Source: Nitrosarchaeum sp. (lineage in GTDB: Archaea > Thermoproteota > Nitrososphaeria > Nitrososphaerales > Nitrosopumilaceae). From it: DNA of 64,000 bases. Below the pieces are notes generated by a model, which saw only the letters and a list, made by a program, of their open reading frames with translations, searched no databases and had not been told where the DNA came from. Both the position numbers and the translations under genes were made by a program. Location of the stretch: positions 256,001 to 320,000 of the forward strand of contig OZ245020.1 in NCBI GenBank assembly GCA_965223865.1, in the 5' to 3' direction. Below, piece by piece: positions 29,230 through 39,494 of this stretch. Every line of letters starts with the position of its first letter. Position 1 is the stretch's first letter.

Positions 29230-30000
29230 TTATCGAAGAGACACACGTTGTTTTTCCTGATAAGCCCTATCCAAGTTTTCCTTGGTAAACACTTCCTTTA
29301 TTGGACCTGTGGCCACCAAACTCCTGTTTAGCATTACAACCCAGTCAAAATACTTGTCCACTGTTTGAAGATCGTGATGAACCATTACAATGGTTTTTCC
29401 TTCCTTTCTGATGTTCTCAAGTATTGAGAGTATGGTCTCCTCTGTTATGGCATCAACTCCGTTTAATGGTTCGTCCATAAGGTAGATTTGAGGATCCTGT
29501 GCCAAAGCTCTTGCAACAAACACTCTTTGCTGCTGGCCACCAGATAACTGTCCAATCTGTCGGTCTGCATAATCTTCTAATCCTACCTTTGTTAGGCACT
29601 CTCTTGCCTTCTCTCTTGTTTGGGAATTGGGGCGTCGTAACCATCCAAGTTTCCCATAAAGTCCCATTTCTACAACATCTAATGCATCAGTTGGAAAATC
29701 CCAATCAACAGAACCTCTCTGCGGAACATAAGCCACTTTGCTTCTCTGTCTTGAATATGGTTTACCGTAAACGTTTACTTTGCCCGCAGTAATTGGAACT
29801 AAATTCATAACTGCTTTAATCAGAGTTGACTTGCCTGCTCCGTTAGGACCCACAATTGCAATCATCTTTCCCTCTGGAAAATTAAGATCTATATTCCACA
29901 ATGCAGGTTCGGTACGATATGTGACCGACAGATTCCTTATCTTAATTGGATGTGTTTTTCCTTCTGTCGAGTTTTTTTGGTCTGATTTCTGTTCCATCAT
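29230..30000 (-). CDS. troB: Metal ABC ATP-binding subunit (TroB-like)
   Basis: GPNGAGKST, AYVPQR..VDWDFP and LSGGQQQR. Confidence 0.92.
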   Translation of the reverse strand: MMEQKSDQKNSTEGKTHPIKIRNLSVTYRTEPALWNIDLNFPEGKMIAIVGPNGAGKSTLIKAVMNLVPITAGKVNVYGKPYSRQRSKVAYVPQRGSVDWDFPTDALDVVEMGLYGKLGWLRRPNSQTREKARECLTKVGLEDYADRQIGQLSGGQQQRVFVARALAQDPQIYLMDEPLNGVDAITEETILSILENIRKEGKTIVMVHHDLQTVDKYFDWVVMLNRSLVATGPIKEVFTKENLDRAYQEKQRVSLR

Positions 30001-30971
30001 TTTAATGCCTGCACAATTGTATCTACGTTGTGTGTGAATGCTCCAATGTAGGTTCCTTCATGAGTTCCTTTTTCTCCTATTGCATCTGAAAATAGTTCTC
30101 CACCAATTATGACATCATGTCCTTTATCTTGGACGGCTGCTTTTAGAGCCTCTATCGTTGCAGGAGAAATTGAGGTTTCAACAAACACAGCTTTTATCTT
30201 TCTCTTAGTTATTTCGTCAGCTAAATTCTGAATCTCTCTTATTCCGGCTTCACTATCGGTGCTCCAACCTTGTATTGCCATTTCCTCCAAACCATAGGTA
30301 TGACCAAAATACTGAAATGCATCATGAGCAGTTACAAGGACTCTTTGTTCTTTTGGAATGGTATTCATCTTCTCCAAACTGTCCTCGTTAAGCTCACGTA
30401 AGTAAGTTAGATATTCTTCAAGATTCTCCTCATACATTTGAGAATTTTCAGGATCGTATTCACTCAATCCCGTTGCTACGACCTTAGCTGCTTCCATCCA
30501 CAATTCAGCATTCCACCAAATATGAGGATCAAAATGACCTGCGGTATCTAGACTAAGTAGTGATTCATTCGAAATATTTTCAGAAACTGCCCACACTGCA
30601 GTTCCTTCTCTTCCTATTTTGACAAAGATGTCCCCCATCTTGCCTTCCAAGTCTAGGCCGTTGTAAAATACAATATCTGCCTCCTGAAGTTTCTTTACGT
30701 CACTTGCGCTAGGACGATATAAGTGAGGATCCACTCCAGGTCCCATTAGTCCCGTAACCAACACACGGTCTCCTCCAATATTTTCCACGAGATCCGTTAT
30801 CACGTTAGTTGTTGTTGTAACAATAACTTTCTCAGAATCGTTTGCAGAATGTTCTACATCTGCAACATTCATTTCACTAGCATCATTGTTGTTTTGAACA
30901 AAAACAGTTGAAGAAATTCCTGCTATTATGACCACAATTGCAATAGATAATATCAAAATTGATTTTTTCAT
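29997..30971 (-). CDS. troA: Metal ABC solute-binding protein (TroA-like)
   Basis: GPGVDPHLY, DPHIW, TAHDAF.YF and FSD metal ligands. Confidence 0.93.
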   Translation of the reverse strand: MKKSILILSIAIVVIIAGISSTVFVQNNNDASEMNVADVEHSANDSEKVIVTTTTNVITDLVENIGGDRVLVTGLMGPGVDPHLYRPSASDVKKLQEADIVFYNGLDLEGKMGDIFVKIGREGTAVWAVSENISNESLLSLDTAGHFDPHIWWNAELWMEAAKVVATGLSEYDPENSQMYEENLEEYLTYLRELNEDSLEKMNTIPKEQRVLVTAHDAFQYFGHTYGLEEMAIQGWSTDSEAGIREIQNLADEITKRKIKAVFVETSISPATIEALKAAVQDKGHDVIIGGELFSDAIGEKGTHEGTYIGAFTHNVDTIVQALK

Positions 30972-31000
30972 AATTGAATAAGCAACGAATTAGGTTTATT

Positions 31001-31024
31001 TAAATTTAGCCTAGGCTAAATTTA
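31001..31024. promoter_or_regulatory. DtxR/MntR-type operator, perfect 24-bp palindrome TAAATTTAGCCTAGGCTAAATTTA
   Basis: Self-complementary; 30 bp upstream of the troA start, overlapping a TTTAAATA TATA-like box; the adjacent gene is DtxR family. Confidence 0.8.
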
Positions 31025-31073
31025 TTAGCCTGACGCAAATCTATAAAAAATACATAGTGTAGATTTGTTATAC

Positions 31074-31565
31074 TCAAAAGTTGGATTTTTGAAATTCTGA
31101 GACAAGTCCAGGTTTTGATTTTAGAAACAGAATGAATTTTTTTAGCTGTTTTGTTGTTTTTGGATTAAGATGATGCTCTATTCCCTCAACATCTTGGTTT
31201 GCAGTATGACTATCTACTCCAAGCATCTCAAAGAATTCCAAGAGATCGCTGTGTTTTTGTCTTATCTCATTTGCTATGTTTTTTCCTAATTTAGTAAGAT
31301 GCAATCCTTGATATTTTTCATATTCAATATACTCTAACTCATCTAATCTGCGCAGCATCTTGGTAACACTAGGAGGACTGACATCCATGTAGTTTGATAT
31401 GTCCATTGGGATGGCATATCCTTTTAATTCAATCAATTCGGAGATTACTTCCAAATAATCTTCCATTCTAGAGGTGAATTTTGAGTCTTCATGAACTCTC
31501 ACTTTTTTTATTGACTCTAATCGCTCTCCTTTTTTACTGCTTTTTTTATTTAGTGAGTTCATCAT
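31074..31565 (-). CDS. DtxR/MntR-family metal-dependent repressor
   Basis: EDYLEVI, VSPPSVTKM and ANQDVEGIEHH. Confidence 0.93.
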   Translation of the reverse strand: MMNSLNKKSSKKGERLESIKKVRVHEDSKFTSRMEDYLEVISELIELKGYAIPMDISNYMDVSPPSVTKMLRRLDELEYIEYEKYQGLHLTKLGKNIANEIRQKHSDLLEFFEMLGVDSHTANQDVEGIEHHLNPKTTKQLKKFILFLKSKPGLVSEFQKSNF

Positions 31566-31841
31566 TAGGATATGATTTGCTTAGATTTTTAATTTATCTG
31601 TCCAAAACGTCTTTTCTTACAAAAAAATCAAAAATCTTGTTATCTTTTGGAAGGATGTTCAATTAGTCGGTTAGAAAAATTTTGAAAATAAATGGATTTA
31701 CACTCGTAATGAGATTCTAGATTTTTATTTCAAGATGATACATCAAGTATTTGGTTTGATACATTTTGATGTTTTAAAAAAATAAAATAAGATTATAGAC
31801 TCTTCTGTATTTTTAATATCATCTTTAGCAATTATGGTTTT

Positions 31842-32156
31842 ATGAGCAACCAACAACTACAAGAAACAAGACCTTGGGTCATAATCACGGTGTTTAAAGA
31901 AAACACAACTACAAGAGACCTTCAGAGAATTTCCCCAGAGATTCAAAATCTAATAGACGAATGGCAAAGTAATGGAAAGATAATGTGGTCTGGTGCATTT
32001 AATGACAATGCTACGGGCATGGCAGTCTTTGAGGCAACAGAGCAAGAAGCAAACGAGTTTTACAACAAGTATGACAAAATTTGTTCTGGCATACTGGAAT
32101 ATTCAATGTATCAGTGGGATGCAATGCCTATTCTATCTGTTCTGTCGAAAAAATAA
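31842..32156 (+). CDS. YCII-like dimeric alpha/beta barrel protein
   Basis: GKIMWSGAF...GMAVFEA..QEA pattern. Confidence 0.7.
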   Translation: MSNQQLQETRPWVIITVFKENTTTRDLQRISPEIQNLIDEWQSNGKIMWSGAFNDNATGMAVFEATEQEANEFYNKYDKICSGILEYSMYQWDAMPILSVLSKK

Positions 32157-32180
32157 TCTCAGGAATTCTTCTTTTTTAAA

Positions 32181-32318
32181 ATGCTAAAAAATGAATTATG
32201 TAGAATCTGTGGCTGTGGATTATGTCAATACAAGAAGTGCACAGAATGTAGTATGACAATATCTACAAAATGCCAGTGCTGCGATAACATTGAAGACATC
32301 CAATTGCATCGACATTAA
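32181..32318 (+). CDS. 45-aa Cys-rich zinc-finger microprotein
   Basis: Manual translation MLKNELCRICGCGLCQYKKCTECSMTISTKCQCCDNIEDIQLHRH; similar layout to 34073..34276. Confidence 0.7.
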   Translation: MLKNELCRICGCGLCQYKKCTECSMTISTKCQCCDNIEDIQLHRH

Positions 32319-32498
32319 GAAAATGACAGTCTCAAATCATAGAACAAGATACAGGATTAACATTATGCAATAATGATTCTGTTTTAATTTCATTATGTTC
32401 TTGTATTAAAAAAGACAAACATCGGGTAAAGATTATACTAAATCTTGTAAAGGATTGTTTTTAGATAATCAAATATTGTATTATCTTAATGTGGATTT

Positions 32499-32948
32499 AT
32501 GGATAAAATTGATATAGAAATCTTATGGACTTTGAAAAACTCGCCATCTCCTTTAAGAATTCAAGACATGGTGAAGAATAATAAAAAATTATCAATCAAC
32601 GACAAACTAAAAGAAAAACTTCAATCTTTGGAAGAAGATGGAATGATTGAATCAAACAATGGAATTGGTGATGATATTGGTTATACAATCACAAAAGATG
32701 GTGATGATTTAATCTGGAAGGGGGAAACATGGAAGCCGATTTTTAATTTGATCAAATTAGTTAATCCTGAAAAATATACTAGTAATGAAATACGTCGAAT
32801 CACTAACAAATCACTGATAGAGTGTGTAAGAGATATAGAGTATTTGAGAAAAGAGCTCAAGCTCATAGATGGACAATCTCGAGGTTTCAAACTATACTTC
32901 ATCCTATCAGAAAAAGGAAAATCATATAATAGTGAAATTGACTCCTAG
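32499..32948 (+). CDS. Tandem winged-helix protein
   Basis: Two wHTH-like units ending YTITKDG and FILSEKG. Confidence 0.65.
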   Translation: MDKIDIEILWTLKNSPSPLRIQDMVKNNKKLSINDKLKEKLQSLEEDGMIESNNGIGDDIGYTITKDGDDLIWKGETWKPIFNLIKLVNPEKYTSNEIRRITNKSLIECVRDIEYLRKELKLIDGQSRGFKLYFILSEKGKSYNSEIDS

Positions 32949-33097
32949 AGACATCATTAGATAAAATTCATCAAAATTGGCATTGAATTAATTATTCCAG
33001 TATAATATAGAATATTTTTTTGAAATGTTAGTGTATTCAAGTTAAGTTGCAAGTTGTGAGTAGTATTCTTTATGAGTAATATATTCAATAAAAAATT

Positions 33098-33948
33098 ATG
33101 AATTATTTTACGATTTCAGTTTTATCAGTTTTTGTAATTTCTTTTTTTCTATTGTATATGACTCAGGCCGAAGCTTTATGTGCACCAAATGAAGACTGGC
33201 CACAAGCTCCTTGTCTTGATGTGCTGATAAATGGTTGTTATGATTCTAAAGATGTCAAAACTTGGATGAATTACTATGATTACAAAGGAGAATCACTCAT
33301 GGAATCAAAAAAAATAGAGATGAATAATGCAGTTGAAGAAAACAGGTTAAGAGAATGGGAATCTCTCACACAGGAAAATTACAATGTTTGGATGTATTAC
33401 TATCTCAAAGGAGAAGTTCTAGGTTTTACTGGAACCTACTATCAGTGTGTTGAAAAATCAAATTTAGATAAACCGTTAAAAATACAGACGAATCAAAGTG
33501 TATTCTTTGATGACTATGAAATAAAATTTTCAGAAATTCTGGAGGACTCTAGATGCCCATCTGATGTTACATGTGTTTGGGAGGGACGTGCTGCTATCAA
33601 GTTAGATATAAAAAATAAAGACGATCAGAGTATATCCTTGTAACTCCAGACAGGACAATTGCATTTTTTGATTCATACAAAATCAATCTAATAGAGATCG
33701 TACCATATCCTGCAAGCTCAAAAATCATACTTCATGAAGAATATTCAGCTACTCTTGATATTTCAAGGATGAATGAAATTATTCCTCTAATAAAACAATT
33801 ATCTCAAGGGATTGAACCGACTGCAGTGATTTGTAAGAAAGGATTTATTTTAATTCTAAAATATAATGATGGATCTCCTGCATGTGTAAAATTTGAGACT
33901 GCATTAATTCTTGAGGAACGTGGATGGGGAAGTATGTTACAAGTATGA
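33098..33948 (+). pseudogene. Secreted protein split by a frameshift near 33633
   Basis: The ORF with DSRCPSDVTCVWEG stops at 33643; the shifted frame continues ILVTPDR...PYP...GSPACVKFETALILEERGWG to TGA at 33948. Confidence 0.75.
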
Positions 33949-34072
33949 AAATTAAAAACAAATTAGAAACGGCAGACTATTGCTATTATTTTCTTGTTCT
34001 CATTATCTAGAATCAGAATTAATAGTCCAAACTAATTAGCTCTTTCTAATTTTAGAATTATTTTTATGCGAA

Positions 34073-34276
34073 TTGATAGTGATGGTATCTATGCAAAACA
34101 AATTCTGTAAAATTTGCAATTCTAATCTAGAGATAGAGAAAAGATGTAAATTCTGTAACGAACCAACGAGACTGTTTTGTCACACTTGTGGAGTCGTAAC
34201 AGAAAAGATGAGTCATCCAGCATGCATGGTAATTGATGTCAATTCAATGCTAATAGAGACTACAAACAAAAACTAA
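34073..34276 (+). CDS. Small triple-CxxC zinc-finger protein
   Basis: CKIC, CKFC, CHTC and H..C. Confidence 0.75.
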   Translation: MIVMVSMQNKFCKICNSNLEIEKRCKFCNEPTRLFCHTCGVVTEKMSHPACMVIDVNSMLIETTNKN

Positions 34277-34306
34277 TTTTTTATTTTATATCAAAATTAT
34301 TTTGAA

Positions 34307-35062
34307 TTAAGGTTCTGTGTTTACAAAGACATGTCCTAGTGTATGTGGTGTGTCATCTATTAAGACATCAATTGGAATTGGTTCTATGTTTGTTTGGAGT
34401 AATTCTTTTAATTCTTTTTTTGTAAACCACTGGCTGCGATATCCCAAACTATTCTTAAATACAATGTTTTTTTCATCAAAAGAATCTTCATCAATCTGTT
34501 TTACCATTTCTTTCATTGGCAAATACAGTTTTGGTGCTGCAAAGCCAAAATTATCACCATTAAAGGCAGAAATTATAGCTAGACCATCTGTTCTGGCTAA
34601 TCTTAACATGTTTTCAATAAACGTGGCTCTCTTATCTAGAGGTATGACTCCAATAGTGTTGTACATGCACATCACAATATTTGTTGTGTCTTGTTCAAAC
34701 AATTCACAAAGATTCGGATCTGTCAAGTCGTGTCTAAGAAATTTCATATTATGATTTTTGGAATTATTCAGTAATATTTTCTGGTTTGCCCTATTGATCA
34801 TTTGCTCAGAGTTATCAATGCCATAAAACATTATAGAATTGTCTTTCAATGTTTTATCAAGTGAGAACAAGACCCTTCCAGTTCCACTTCCCATATCAAT
34901 GATAGAGCATTTCTTTTTGTTGTTTTTCTTTCTAATGATTTTGCACAAATAGCTAACAATATCAATCTCTTTTTGAAGATAACCTGCTATTATGGGATCT
35001 TTATTTTCTTCAACATTTCTGTCATATTCTGAGGAAATATCATCCCAACTTTTTTTGTTCAT
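34307..35062 (-). CDS. Class I SAM-dependent methyltransferase
   Basis: IIDMGSGTGR and GIDNSEQMI. Confidence 0.9.
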   Translation of the reverse strand: MNKKSWDDISSEYDRNVEENKDPIIAGYLQKEIDIVSYLCKIIRKKNNKKKCSIIDMGSGTGRVLFSLDKTLKDNSIMFYGIDNSEQMINRANQKILLNNSKNHNMKFLRHDLTDPNLCELFEQDTTNIVMCMYNTIGVIPLDKRATFIENMLRLARTDGLAIISAFNGDNFGFAAPKLYLPMKEMVKQIDEDSFDEKNIVFKNSLGYRSQWFTKKELKELLQTNIEPIPIDVLIDDTPHTLGHVFVNTEP

Positions 35063-35244
35063 TAGTCATTTCACAAAATTCCAATTAATATCATAATCGT
35101 AACTTATTGTATGGGTCATTTAATAGCCAAATTCTAGTTAAGGAGAACAGTTTGGTAAATTCTCATATTTGAATTAGGATTTCTCTAAATTAAGTAATTA
35201 GTTGATGAAATTTTTATAAATCCACCTAGTTTACCCACATTGAA

Positions 35245-36642
35245 TTGAGTGAATTTGATGAGCTTTTTCAAAAATTATTAGATCAAAAACCAGAACTAAC
35301 TCGTTCTGATGTTGAAGAACAAATTAAACTAAAGAAAGAAAAGATTGGTGCAGGGTACCTAACAGATCAAGGAGCACTATTTTTGATCGCATCTGATTAT
35401 GGAGTTTCATTATCAGAGCCACTAAAAGTTGAGATGGGATTAAAGGACCTTTATGCTGGTGCTAAAGAAATTTCTCTAGAAACTAGGGTTCTCAGTGTTT
35501 CTCCTGCAAAGCAATTCTCTAGAAAAGATGGCTCTCCTTTCTATCTTAGAACCATGACAGTTTATGATGCAAACTCTACTGCAAGTGTAAAGTTATGGGA
35601 TGAAAAAGCAAACATGCCAGGAATTGAAAATCTAAAACCAGGTGATTTAATTAAAATCATCAAAGCTTATGTAAAATCAGATCTTAATGGTTCTCCTACC
35701 ATCAATATTGGTTCAGGCTCTAATATTGAATCAGTAGATAACAGTAGTGAAATTCCTACAATTGAAAATATTACCAAAGATATCAGCGAGCTACAAGAAG
35801 GCCAAAAAGATTTGGTAACCTCAGGTGTTCTTGATGGAGTGATAAACAGTATGGAGTTTACAAATTCCAGAGGTCAGCCTGGAAAAGCACTAAGAATGAG
35901 GCTAAAAGGAAAAGATGGGAATGCCATGAGAGTGGTACTTTGGGGAAAAGATGAATCAAATATTCCAAATATGATATCCCAAGGAGCAAAGGTACGATTA
36001 CTGGGAGTTAAAGTAAGATCTGGAAACCAAGGAACAGAGATTCATGGTAATGATTCTACACAAATTCAGATAGAAGGGGCAAAAGAAGCAGAACCAATCA
36101 TAGCAAGAGTTCTATCTATATCACCAACTGAAACCGGGAAGAGTTTGATTTTAGCTGTTGATGATAAGAAAAATCTGTATAACATTACTGATAATTCCAA
36201 TTCAACTAGTATCTGTAATGAAGGAGATGTGATAGAGTGTATGCCATCAAAAGTTTATGGCAATGCCATTAATCTTGATGATAATTCATTTGTGAGAAAG
36301 CTAGAAAATGATGTATCAATTCCATCACTATCACAACTTAGAACAAGAATCAGTGATGTTAAAGTTGATGGAAACTATTGTATTGAATCTATAATTTTAA
36401 AAATTCCTGAAAGACGTGAAGTTCAAACAAAGTCAGGAGAATCTATTTCATTATCTGAAATGTTTGTTGAAGACGATACTGGTCAAATTTGGATCAAAGG
36501 TTGGAGAAACCAAGCTAGACTAATTGACAAATGTGAGCTAGGTGAAATTATTTCCGTAACTGGTTTGAATGCAAGAGCTGGTTTGGAAGGAAGAATAGAG
36601 TTATTTCTCACACCATTTTCAAAAATTACAAAGAAAAACTAG
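35245..36642 (+). CDS. rpa: Replication protein A / multi-OB-fold ssDNA-binding protein
   Basis: Repeated OB folds (VKLWDE, VVLWGK, DDTGQIWIKGW). Confidence 0.88.
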   Translation: MSEFDELFQKLLDQKPELTRSDVEEQIKLKKEKIGAGYLTDQGALFLIASDYGVSLSEPLKVEMGLKDLYAGAKEISLETRVLSVSPAKQFSRKDGSPFYLRTMTVYDANSTASVKLWDEKANMPGIENLKPGDLIKIIKAYVKSDLNGSPTINIGSGSNIESVDNSSEIPTIENITKDISELQEGQKDLVTSGVLDGVINSMEFTNSRGQPGKALRMRLKGKDGNAMRVVLWGKDESNIPNMISQGAKVRLLGVKVRSGNQGTEIHGNDSTQIQIEGAKEAEPIIARVLSISPTETGKSLILAVDDKKNLYNITDNSNSTSICNEGDVIECMPSKVYGNAINLDDNSFVRKLENDVSIPSLSQLRTRISDVKVDGNYCIESIILKIPERREVQTKSGESISLSEMFVEDDTGQIWIKGWRNQARLIDKCELGEIISVTGLNARAGLEGRIELFLTPFSKITKKN

Positions 36643-39386
36643 GAGTCCCAAAATCCTCTAGTTACAACATATTGTCTTTCTGCTTCATAGATTTGCTTGA
36701 AGAGATGTTCTTCATCAACCATGTTACGTAAAATTCTAGCAGCAGTATCTGCACCTACCCCGTATCCAGACATTACAGTTATTGCAGTTTTTCCAAAATT
36801 TTCTATCAAAGATGATACTTTCCAGGCACGATCAAACTTGTGTTTTTCATCTGAAGTTAGCTTTTTTCCTTCATGTTTTTTTCGAATAATTTTTGATAAA
36901 TCATAGTCAGAGTAAAATGTTGCAGTTATTTGTCGGCCCTTACAATATGGACAAATTAAGATATTTTTGACATCATTTGTCTCAACTACTCGTTCCCATT
37001 TACCACATCTTGCACAAACAAGTCGATGTTTAGTCTTTGCTAGTCTGGATTTTACAAGATCTAAAATTCCTTTATCAAGATTTGCAGGAGCAGAATAATA
37101 TTTTGTGGTATGGTCTAAGATTGGTTCGGCAAGTTTAGAAAATTTATCAACTTCTATCCATTTTACAGATATTTCATCTTCTCTAATTTTTTTTAGAATT
37201 TTATCTGTGTTTGGTAAATCGTATTTGTCATGGAATAATTCCCTTAAAGCTTCTTTAACTAAAGATGTTTTTGAATATCGCTCATACAAAAATCGCGCAG
37301 ATTTTTTTTCATATATTGCACCTCTTTCAACAACACCAAATTTTTTTGCAACACACCAAGTTCTCCAGTTTACATTATGAGTTCCTGCCAAAGAAGCAGT
37401 AACCATAGAATAAAGATCATAATCATCTGTTAAAACTTCGAAAAAGAGTTTTTCAGATATTCTAGATCGGGAGGATAAAACAATTCTATATCCATCGCCT
37501 CGTGAGTCTACCATACTCCCTAACATTGAAGATAGCATTGAAGATAGCAAAGTTGATAGAGTTGTGTTTATTTTTGTTCCAAAACAAGAGTGAATTACAA
37601 TTGAACCCTGTGTCTTACTTGATTCAATTATAACATGACTTTGATTTGGTATTTCAAAATTTAGATTATCTATGGTTTTGTTGATTAGCTTTAATGAACC
37701 GCTTTTTACTTTGGTACGAAAAAGACCAACTTTTTTAGCAGTATTGTAGTCAATTGGAATGCTTTCACCTTCCCAGTATGGTACTGTAATGCCACCACCT
37801 CTGAATGGTTCAACATTGACTGATAATGACTTTTCATCTACATTGAGAATTCTCCATTGAGAACCTTTTAGAACAAAGATATTTCCTGAATCACCAAAAT
37901 CACCCACAAATCTTTGATCCAAAGTCCCAATGATTTTCTTTCCTACACTATCAAAAACCTTGAATTTTAAAATGTCGGGTATTGTTGAAAGATTTTCAAA
38001 ATAATATTTGAAGGAACGACCTTTTTTCCAAAAAGACATTTTGTTTCTATCAAAGAAAATCAGATAGTTAGAGTCTAGTAAATCTAAAACCCCGATTAAT
38101 TCATCTAGCTGCAAATTTCTAAAAGGATACGCATGATTTATTGTCTCTAGAGCAAAATCAACAGGAATTTCACCCATCTGCATTGTCATTCCCACTAGAT
38201 GGTGTGCAAGAACATCCAAAGAACCATCATGAATTTTTTGCTCTTCTATAGAGCCTTCCTTAATTCTATCAAGAATTGCTTTTGCTTCAAATTCATCATC
38301 AGAGTTATTTGTAATAATTAAGCCCTGAGCAGATGCATCTCTGTTATGTTTACTTCTTCCTATTCTTTGAACAAGTTTTGATACTTGACGCGGTGATCCA
38401 TAATGAATTACCAATTCAATAGAGCCAATATCCAAACCTAATTCCAGAGAAGAAGTACATACAACAATTCCATGTTTTCCTTCTCTTAGTGAAAGCTCTG
38501 TGTCTTCTCTTACTTCTTTTGATAATGAACCGTGATGAAGTTCTATAGGTATAGAAGATTTTTCTTTAAGAATTGATGCTAGAAATTCAGCCTCTCCTCT
38601 TGTATTTGTAAATAAAAGTACAGGAGAATCCAAATTTTGTTCTTGCACATGCTCAATTATTTTGTCTGCAACATCTGAAATTGTGCCATCCACAAACTTT
38701 ACCTCAACATCATATCTTCGAACAGATGTATCTCTGATGATTTGACATTTTCTCTTAGAACCCACTACAAACTTTCCTGCTTCTTCAAAATTTCCAACTG
38801 TTGCAGATAATCCAATTTTTGTAAGAGGAAATTTTGAGGCTATTTGTAGTCTTTCCATGCTAAGAGATAGTTGAGCCCCTCTTTCACTTCCTAGTAATTC
38901 GTGAACTTCATCAATTACAATCCATTCTAGTTCTGAAAATGCATTGAGCATCTTTGGTTGGGTAAGAAGAATCACTAGAGTTTCAGGAGTCGTAATTAAA
39001 ACATCTGGAGGATTTTCAGTGATTTTTCTTCTGGCAGTTTGTGTTGTATCGCCATGCCTGATTTCTAGGGACAGATCATTTGAATGCGCATATTTTGTTA
39101 TTCTTCTAAATACGTCACGGTTTAATGCTCGAAGTGGAGTTATGTAAAGAACTTTGATTTTACCTAGTTTTTTTGAATTTTTTACAAGAGAAAAAATTGG
39201 AATTACCGAACACTCGGTTTTACCTGATCCTGTAGGAGCAATAATCAAAGAATCTTTTTTTTGTAATACCATAGGTGATGCCTTTTTTTGAATTTCCGTA
39301 AGATTAACAAATCCAAATTTTTCAAATAAGGAATTGATCTTCGAATCAGAAAAATTATTTTTCTGAATTTGATCGTGTTTTTTCAT
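36639..39386 (-). CDS. lhr: Lhr-family DEAD/DEAH helicase
   Basis: APTGSGKT, TTPETL, DEVH, SAT, HHGSLS and QRIGRS; C-terminal Zn ribbon. Confidence 0.93.
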   Translation of the reverse strand: MKKHDQIQKNNFSDSKINSLFEKFGFVNLTEIQKKASPMVLQKKDSLIIAPTGSGKTECSVIPIFSLVKNSKKLGKIKVLYITPLRALNRDVFRRITKYAHSNDLSLEIRHGDTTQTARRKITENPPDVLITTPETLVILLTQPKMLNAFSELEWIVIDEVHELLGSERGAQLSLSMERLQIASKFPLTKIGLSATVGNFEEAGKFVVGSKRKCQIIRDTSVRRYDVEVKFVDGTISDVADKIIEHVQEQNLDSPVLLFTNTRGEAEFLASILKEKSSIPIELHHGSLSKEVREDTELSLREGKHGIVVCTSSLELGLDIGSIELVIHYGSPRQVSKLVQRIGRSKHNRDASAQGLIITNNSDDEFEAKAILDRIKEGSIEEQKIHDGSLDVLAHHLVGMTMQMGEIPVDFALETINHAYPFRNLQLDELIGVLDLLDSNYLIFFDRNKMSFWKKGRSFKYYFENLSTIPDILKFKVFDSVGKKIIGTLDQRFVGDFGDSGNIFVLKGSQWRILNVDEKSLSVNVEPFRGGGITVPYWEGESIPIDYNTAKKVGLFRTKVKSGSLKLINKTIDNLNFEIPNQSHVIIESSKTQGSIVIHSCFGTKINTTLSTLLSSMLSSMLGSMVDSRGDGYRIVLSSRSRISEKLFFEVLTDDYDLYSMVTASLAGTHNVNWRTWCVAKKFGVVERGAIYEKKSARFLYERYSKTSLVKEALRELFHDKYDLPNTDKILKKIREDEISVKWIEVDKFSKLAEPILDHTTKYYSAPANLDKGILDLVKSRLAKTKHRLVCARCGKWERVVETNDVKNILICPYCKGRQITATFYSDYDLSKIIRKKHEGKKLTSDEKHKFDRAWKVSSLIENFGKTAITVMSGYGVGADTAARILRNMVDEEHLFKQIYEAERQYVVTRGFWDS

Positions 39387-39462
39387 AAACCATTACTCCA
39401 ACTATACCAAGTACAAATAAAACAACAATAATCATTGGGATGGAATCAAAAATTTCTACCAT
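39355..39462 (-). CDS. 35-aa single-TM microprotein
   Basis: Manual translation MVEIFDSIPMIIVVLFVLGIVGVMVYEKTRSNSEK. Confidence 0.55.
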   Translation of the reverse strand: MVEIFDSIPMIIVVLFVLGIVGVMVYEKTRSNSEK

Positions 39463-39494
39463 TTTTTAACATACTCAATGAGCATTAAAAATCT

